From Raillietiella orientalis (taxonomy: Eukaryota): a stretch of 64,000 nucleotides of DNA. The stretch lies in assembly GCA_036172245.1 (NCBI GenBank), contig JAYWIR010000099.1:124001-188000 (forward strand). The letters run 5' to 3'. The notes under the pieces are model-generated. The model did no database searches. It saw only the letters and a program-made list of their open reading frames with translations, and was not told the DNA's origin. A program made the translations under genes and the position numbers. Of the stretch, positions 57,985-64,000 are shown one piece after another; within the stretch, counting starts at the first letter, position 1, and the number at the start of each line of letters is the position of its first letter.

Positions 57985-60332
57985 GTCTCGATGTGATTGC
58001 ACATCCTCCGTGTACCCTCGCCCAGCAAGCAGCGGGTGCTCCCACGTCCGCCCCGCGGGTAAGCAGCGCATCCTAGGGCGGGGACAGACGCCCTCTACGG
58101 AGGGCGCAGGCGAGTGCCAGGAGATCTTCGACGTCCCTGCTGACGGAGCCTGGAGGTTCGTTCCGCAGCCGGCAGACAGCTACCGGGAGCGGGCCTGTCC
58201 TGCGGCGCCAACGGCAACGAGGGGGAAAGGCAGGTGGACAGACCTCGTCCTTTAGGCGCCCGGAATTTTCTTCTCCCGAAGGGAAGGAAAGCGACGCTGT
58301 CCGCCCGCGCACTCTTCCGGATGTATTGGTATGAGAACGCCGGCGGGCGATTCAGCTGGGAAAGAGGGAAAGAGGCGCGAGGGGAGAGGGGCGTCCCACC
58401 TGGCCCTCGTCCTTCAGGCGGTGGCGAACTCTTTGGCCGCTCGGATGCTCCCCGAGTTCGAGAGCGACGGTCGGCTCCGTCCGCTCACGGAGATGGCGCG
58501 GAGTCTCGCGGCTGCGCTGGCCCCGAGGGCAATCCCTTCGCTGCCTGGAAAGATTGACCCGTCCGGCCGCTACTCTGGCCCTCTGCATTACAGCAGCTGA
58601 CGGAGGACGCGTTCCCGGCCCCCCTTCCCCCCCCGAGCATGCTCCCTCGCTTCGCATGGCTACCGCTTCCCAGGCGGCGCCTGCCTTTCGATGAAGGCTC
58701 TTCCGGAGACAGGCGGCCTGTCCGCGGATTCCCGAGGGGCGAGCCAGGTCCCGAGATCGGGACGCCGCCGGCTTCCTTCCGCGCTCCCTGCCACCAGAGG
58801 GACACCCTGACAGAGGCTATTCGTCGCGCGACATCTGCCGGAGGAAGGCTCGAGCGGCCGTCCGACGCTCCTCCCATCCGTGCAGGCGCGCCCCGCAGAA
58901 GGGTTTCTCCCTGCTACTCCCCACTTCCAGATCTCTTCGCTTCACCCCGTCGGTGGACCGCGCCTTCCGCTGACGGCGCACCGCCGCCCCGGCAGCGGGA
59001 GGGCGCCTTCCCCGCCTGCGCTTCCGCCTCCCGGCTCTTTCATTGCGCCACGCGCGGATCCGCGTCATCAAGGAGAATGAGCGAGCCTCGGAGCGATTCG
59101 TCCATCGTCGCGACTCCCGGTCCGCTGTCACGGATGCCAGGAAAAGCCTCCCGGGACGTTCCGGTCGGACACGCCCTGCCGCCTGCCGGCCGCATTGCTC
59201 CTGACCAGCAACAGGGGACGAGCAGTCGAAGCGATCCGAACGAGGCGACGCGCAGCGCCATCGGCAACCTCCGGAGGCCGCGAGCGAACAGACGGAGCGA
59301 GAGAAATGCGGCGGAAATGCGTCCACGGGAGAGGTCAGCGGCGCGACAGTGGAATCCCGCGAAAAATGCAGAGCCCCCTTCGGTAACCACGCATAAGCAC
59401 CGGCTTGTGACCTCATGGCAGGGACTCCTTGAAAGGCCGTCGCAGGCCGAGCACCCGGACGGACGGAGAGCGCGGATGGTCGCGCAGCAACCGTCTGCCC
59501 GCCCGAACGACGCGCGCATCCGCCTGCCGCCTCCGAGCGGAGTGCGGCGCCCCGAGGCTCCAAGGTGCCCCCTGGAGCCTCGCGGCGTTAGCCCTCGGTC
59601 CGTCGAGAGTGTGGAGCCGCGCGCGTCACGGCTCGCAGGTGTCAGCCACTTCCCCACGAGTTCACCTCAGAGGGAGCTGCCCGCGCAGAGAGCCGTCGTC
59701 AGACCAACTGTTGCACCGGTAACCGAGCGGCACCGTGGCCACGTACCGGCGCAGATTCAACTTTTAGAGGCGTTGGCTAGCGCCACTTGTGCGCCAGCGT
59801 TGCAGCCCAGGCAGGCGCCGAGAATTCGGGACATAGTGAACCCTTCCGTCTTCGGCCTCGAAGTGTCACTCTCGAGCGTCTCTGGGTGAGGTCAAAATGA
59901 CTCCGCCTAAGGGCACCCGGTGCTCATCTGAAGCTCGCTGCTGCCCATTCGCGTCTCTGGCGATGCCGGTCGGCACCCGTTGGAGATCGTTTCGCCGCCG
60001 GGCGTCCTTGCAGGAGAATCCCGGCAGCTCTTACGGAGGCGAACGCGATCTCCGCCTTCTCCCACCCGTCACGCCAGGAGACCGCCTCGCGCGACACGAA
60101 CTTCATACGCTGAGGATCGCCACGCCCCCGAGCGGCGCCAACGGCGCGGACTCCCTCGCGTTGGAATCTTCCCGGGAAACGCAGAAGGCGCGGATGACCC
60201 GCGCGCTCCACTCGACCCTGTGGGTTGGTGCTGCCGCCGCGCGGGTTTCCGCTGCCGGATGGCTCTCGACCCTTCCAACTGCAGTGACCAACCCCCTCGA
60301 GCCACCGACGAGGCGCCGAAATCTGCAGCGAC

Positions 60333-60425
60333 GGGAGCGATCGCGCCCAGCAAACGAGCGGCCGTTGACGTGGTAACCGGCAATGACGGATGACGGAGGC
60401 GCGTTCCAGCAAATCGCGGCCAAAT
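60333..60425 (+). repeat. 93-bp dispersed direct repeat, copy 2
   Basis: 90/93 identical to 56541-56633. Confidence 0.9.
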
Positions 60426-61480
60426 AGCCTAAGCTCTGCCTAAGCAGCCATCGTCGCAGCAGCGGCATCGCAACGGGGGCGTTGGCGCACCCTGACGAGG
60501 AAAGCAGCATTTCCAGCGATCTTCCCCAGCTGCCTTCTGCCTCCGCGGCGCAACGCTGTCTTTGCGCAATGAGCCGTCCGAGCATTCCCGACGAATCCCC
60601 GTGCGCTCTTCGTCGCCACCTGGCCGCTCGCGGGGTGCCAGCGAGCCATCAGCGCCCGCCGCCAGAGCTACAGACCGCGCGCGTCTGAGGGCAGAGGCGA
60701 AGAGCTTCGACGCCACGCCCTCAGGGGCTCCCCGACGCACGCGTCTTCCTAGCGGCGGTTCACCTCGAACGATTCCCGACGCGCTGCCTTGGCGTGATCC
60801 CGCTGTCGACTACGTCCGCATCGCATGGCGGCGCGCGGAGCTAACTCGGGACCTTCCAAGTGGCTCCGTCCGAACCGGGCGCTAACGGATTCGGCAAATG
60901 CCACCCGGAACGTGGACCTCCTTGCCGTCAGCCCTCCGCTATTCCAGGAGACCCCCACCGTCCTTCACCTCTGCCTCGCAACGCTGCGAACTCTCTTCGC
61001 ACGGCGAGACAGGAACGGACGACGGGAGGCGGCGCACCGCGAAGGAGCCGAAATCCGGGGCCGCGTTCGCGCGAAGCCTTGCTGGCGCCTCCTCGCAGCC
61101 GCTCAGTGAGAGTCGGACCCTGCGGCGATCTTCTCTGATCATCCGTCTGGAGGCAAGGCGCCTTCCCTTCGCCCTTGCGGAAGCCGCCGGGTCATTCGCG
61201 GTCAGGAGAAGACCTATTCCGACCAACCTAACCGATTCGGGAGCTCAGCGGGTCCTCACACCCCCGGGGTGAGCGACGACGACACTCCTCTTCCCCGATG
61301 TCAACGGCGCCAAAGATCAGCGAGACAGCGACGCGCGCGGACGCGGACGCGGCGCCATCGCTGTTGCTCAACGCCCTCTGCCACGCGGCGAGCGGTCCGC
61401 GTCTTGATAAGTCTTCCTCCGCGCCCACTGGCAAACTCTGGACGCACAGTGCGATAACGCGGAGGAGTCCAGGGACACAC

Positions 61481-62042
61481 GCGACCGGCGATGCCACCCG
61501 GTCCCTCCGGGGCGTTCATTTAAAACTCATCTGTACATTCGTGGCACGAGGACCCACTGAGGCAAACACATCGCGGGACCTGCCGCGTCGCCGGTAGGCA
61601 GACCGGCTTGACGGTCCTCGGCAGCGGAGGGGGATGGAGAAAAAGAAAAAGAAAGAGAAACAAAAAAAAAAAGAAACACTTCGTAGGGCCGGGAAGGGAT
61701 CACAGACAGCTGGGGGGAAGGTCCATCCTTTGCAGCATGCCGTCGAGGTCCCTGCGCATACCTCCCAGGTGGGGCCATCTGGTCGCAATTTGCAGGTAGC
61801 GAGCTGCGTGTACGATGGCGTCCCTTTCGCTGCTTTTTCTGCTGGCTGCGCTCCACGCAGCCACAATCCCTTGGATGCAGCAAAATGCTGCCAGGGCCGA
61901 GGCTGGTTGCAGGGCGTCGCTCACAAAGTGAAGCCGTAAAACGTCCCTGGAGCGGCTGCCGACCACGATCCGGAGGGTCGTCGAGAAACATTCCCGCAGG
62001 AGCCGGAGGGCAGCGCAGTCCACTAGCAGGTGGGGCAGGGAG
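61481..62042 (-). mobile_element. 5'-truncated copy (A5) of the same LINE, head-to-tail with A6
   Basis: Minus ORF SLPHLLVDC...ALAAFCCIQGIVAAW...ATRWPHLGGMRRDLDGMLQRMDLPPSC is paralogous to A6, with the same T-rich 3' UTR. Confidence 0.8.
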
Positions 62043-64000
62043 GCGACCGGCGATGCCACCCGGGTACGCCGGGACGTTTATCAAAACATTTCTTCTGTCA
62101 TTAAAGAACGTGGTACAAGGCCCCACTGACGGCCACGCAATTCCGGACCTGCCGGGACACCGGGACGCAGCCCGGTGTGGCTCTCCTCGGCAGTGGAAGG
62201 GATGGGGGAGAAATAATAAAAAATAAAATAAAATTAAGAAAAAAACAAAAAGAGTTTGGAGGGCCGGGAAGGGATCACATACAACTGCTGGGAGGGCCCA
62301 TCCTTTGCAGGATGCCTTCGAGTTCCATCTTCAATCTTCCCAGATGGGGCCATCGGGTAGCTCTCTGCAGGAAGCGAACAGCATACTCGTTGACGTCCCT
62401 CACGATGCAATCTTCATCTTCGGCATCACTCCAGGCAGCCACGATACCACGAATGCAGCAAAGTGCAGCCAGGGCTGCGGCTGGACTGAGGGCGTCTCGC
62501 ACGAAAAGAAGACTGTGCACGCCTCTGGGGTTGCCGCCATCCGGTATCCCAAGGGCCGTTCTAAGAGGATCCCAAAGAATCCGGACGGCAGGGCAGTCAA
62601 CTAAGAGGTGGGGGAGCGACTCCCGCTCCCCATACCTGGCACACGCAGGATTTACTCTTCCCCGCGTCCAGTGGAAGCGGCGCGCGTTGCAGGGTAGACC
62701 CCAATGCAGCCACAGAAGCGCCGATTCTTGCCACTTCAGGGGAAGAATCCTGGATCCAAGTAGAACCGGGGGCCACTTCAGGTCATCCAATCGAATGCCG
62801 AGCAGCTCGCCCCATCTTCTTAAACCACGCGGCTGGACACTAGGGAGGCGACCGGCGAAGGAGGAGCCAACAGAGCAGGGCAACTCGGTCTGCACCCGCG
62901 AAGCGCCCGATCGTTCGAAGTGGCTCCATCGATGGCACCGAGCCCAACGCCCATCCTCCTCGATGACCATCTCCCTGAGTGGCCGCCTGACGCCGCATAC
63001 GCCTGCCTTCCCTTTCCGCCCGCGGGCGGCTTGACCAGCCGCTCGCGCGGGTTGCGGCTCTCCTCGACCCCATTTTGCGGCAGCGCGCCGACCAAGGACG
63101 GGAACGCCAACCGCTCGCTGCCAGGCGCCCACTCACCATCCGGGAGGGCCGAGCGCGCACGCGCGCACCATCGCCTCGGCCTCCTCTCCACGTCCGTCGT
63201 CTGGGAAACCACCAGCGTGCATTCCCAGCGCTCCCCGGAATCGAGCTTGAGCGCCGAGTTTACTCGAGCAGCACCACGGCCCACCTTTCCAGGCCCTACG
63301 TGGCGCAGGAGGCGCGCTCCCGTAGGGCGCTCTTGGAGACGCATCCCCACGAAAGGCACCGTTGCCGACGAAAACTCGGTTTCTCCGGAAACCCCGGCGT
63401 TTCCATCGTCCGCGCTGCTGGCAACCTTCCCGGTTGCCAGGAAACAGCCGCCCGCTTGCCGCTTAGGCGGGAACGGAGCGACCACGCCTTCGTTTGTCCC
63501 GTGCGCTAACATCCGTCCCTCCCACGCACGGGCGACGAAGCGCGACGCGCGCGAGCGACCAGCCTCCGCCGGCCCCTCGCGAGTTCGGGACGCGGACAGA
63601 AGGCATGGCGACAACCTCATACATGGCAACGACGTCCTCGACCGCCTCAGCGCGTGCGCGTTCCTCCGCCCGCACTGAGCCGACACGCGGAAGACAGGGC
63701 GCCCCTGCCGACCCCCCCGGGCGCTCTGGCGAGGTCCCCTATCGGTATGCGGGACGGTGGCTTCACGCCCACGCCCGGTAGGCGCGTGGTCCACAGGAAG
63801 AGGCTCGTCGCAGACACGTGAGACTGCCGCTCGCTCGGGTGCCAACTCGGCAGTAGCATCCGAGGAGACGTTCCGATTGCAAGCCGTGGCTCGTCTGCAG
63901 GGCGCCGTACGCCCTCGCCGCTGCAACGACAGACGCGTCGTCGTCGCTCGGGGAGCTCTGGCGGTGGGTGGCACGGGGGGCGGAATCCGCGTGGATGCCT
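62043..64000 (-). mobile_element. Degenerate L1/Tx1-like non-LTR retrotransposon (copy A6): RT-domain relic, C-terminal zinc-binding region and 3' UTR; runs off the window edge
   Basis: Minus ORF 62275-63132 contains LKWQESALLWLHWGLPCNARRF...PACARYGERESLPHLLVDC, a zf-RVT-like C-terminus. Upstream frames show decayed RT-like motifs (KVASSADD resembling YADD, TGAR, RRWCARARS resembling W..R.LS). Confidence 0.75.

Noticed and set aside
58639..59889. 416-aa + strand ORF downstream of the GPCR
   Set aside because: Arg/Pro/Ser-rich with no family motifs; consistent with a GC shadow ORF.
1..64000. tRNA, rRNA or snRNA genes and prokaryotic operon-type systems
   Set aside because: No cloverleaf, rRNA or snRNA signatures were recognised by eye, and both genes are spliceosomal-intron genes. 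A tRNAscan-SE or Rfam scan would be needed to exclude small RNAs formally.

Overview
Eukaryotic, almost certainly arthropod, genomic DNA. Spot-counted GC rises from about 45% at the left edge to 70-85% around 40-57 kb, so most long ORFs in the supplied track are stop-poor shadow ORFs. Two spliced genes can be built by hand on the + strand. (1) An SLC7A14-type cationic amino acid transporter with 9 visible coding exons (9667-36803). Its first coding exon was not found, it has one apparent 1-bp deletion, and three of its introns are only 40-50 bp. (2) A complete Methuselah-like 7TM GPCR (5 coding exons, 49336-57802, 712 aa) with three tandem Cys-rich ectodomain modules. The transporter introns and both window edges carry many copies of one degenerate L1/Tx1-like non-LTR retrotransposon family: ORF2 3' ends ('A' pieces) and a decayed ORF1-like segment ('B' pieces, about 9 copies). 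Two copies fuse B directly to the A 3' end at different junctions, which suggests non-autonomous, internally deleted derivatives. The copies end in a conserved GC hairpin-like tail rather than poly(A), and two are head-to-tail with a perfect 21-bp duplication of that tail. I found no prokaryotic-type system (CRISPR, operon, rRNA or tRNA). All homology calls come from motif recognition by eye, not database searches.
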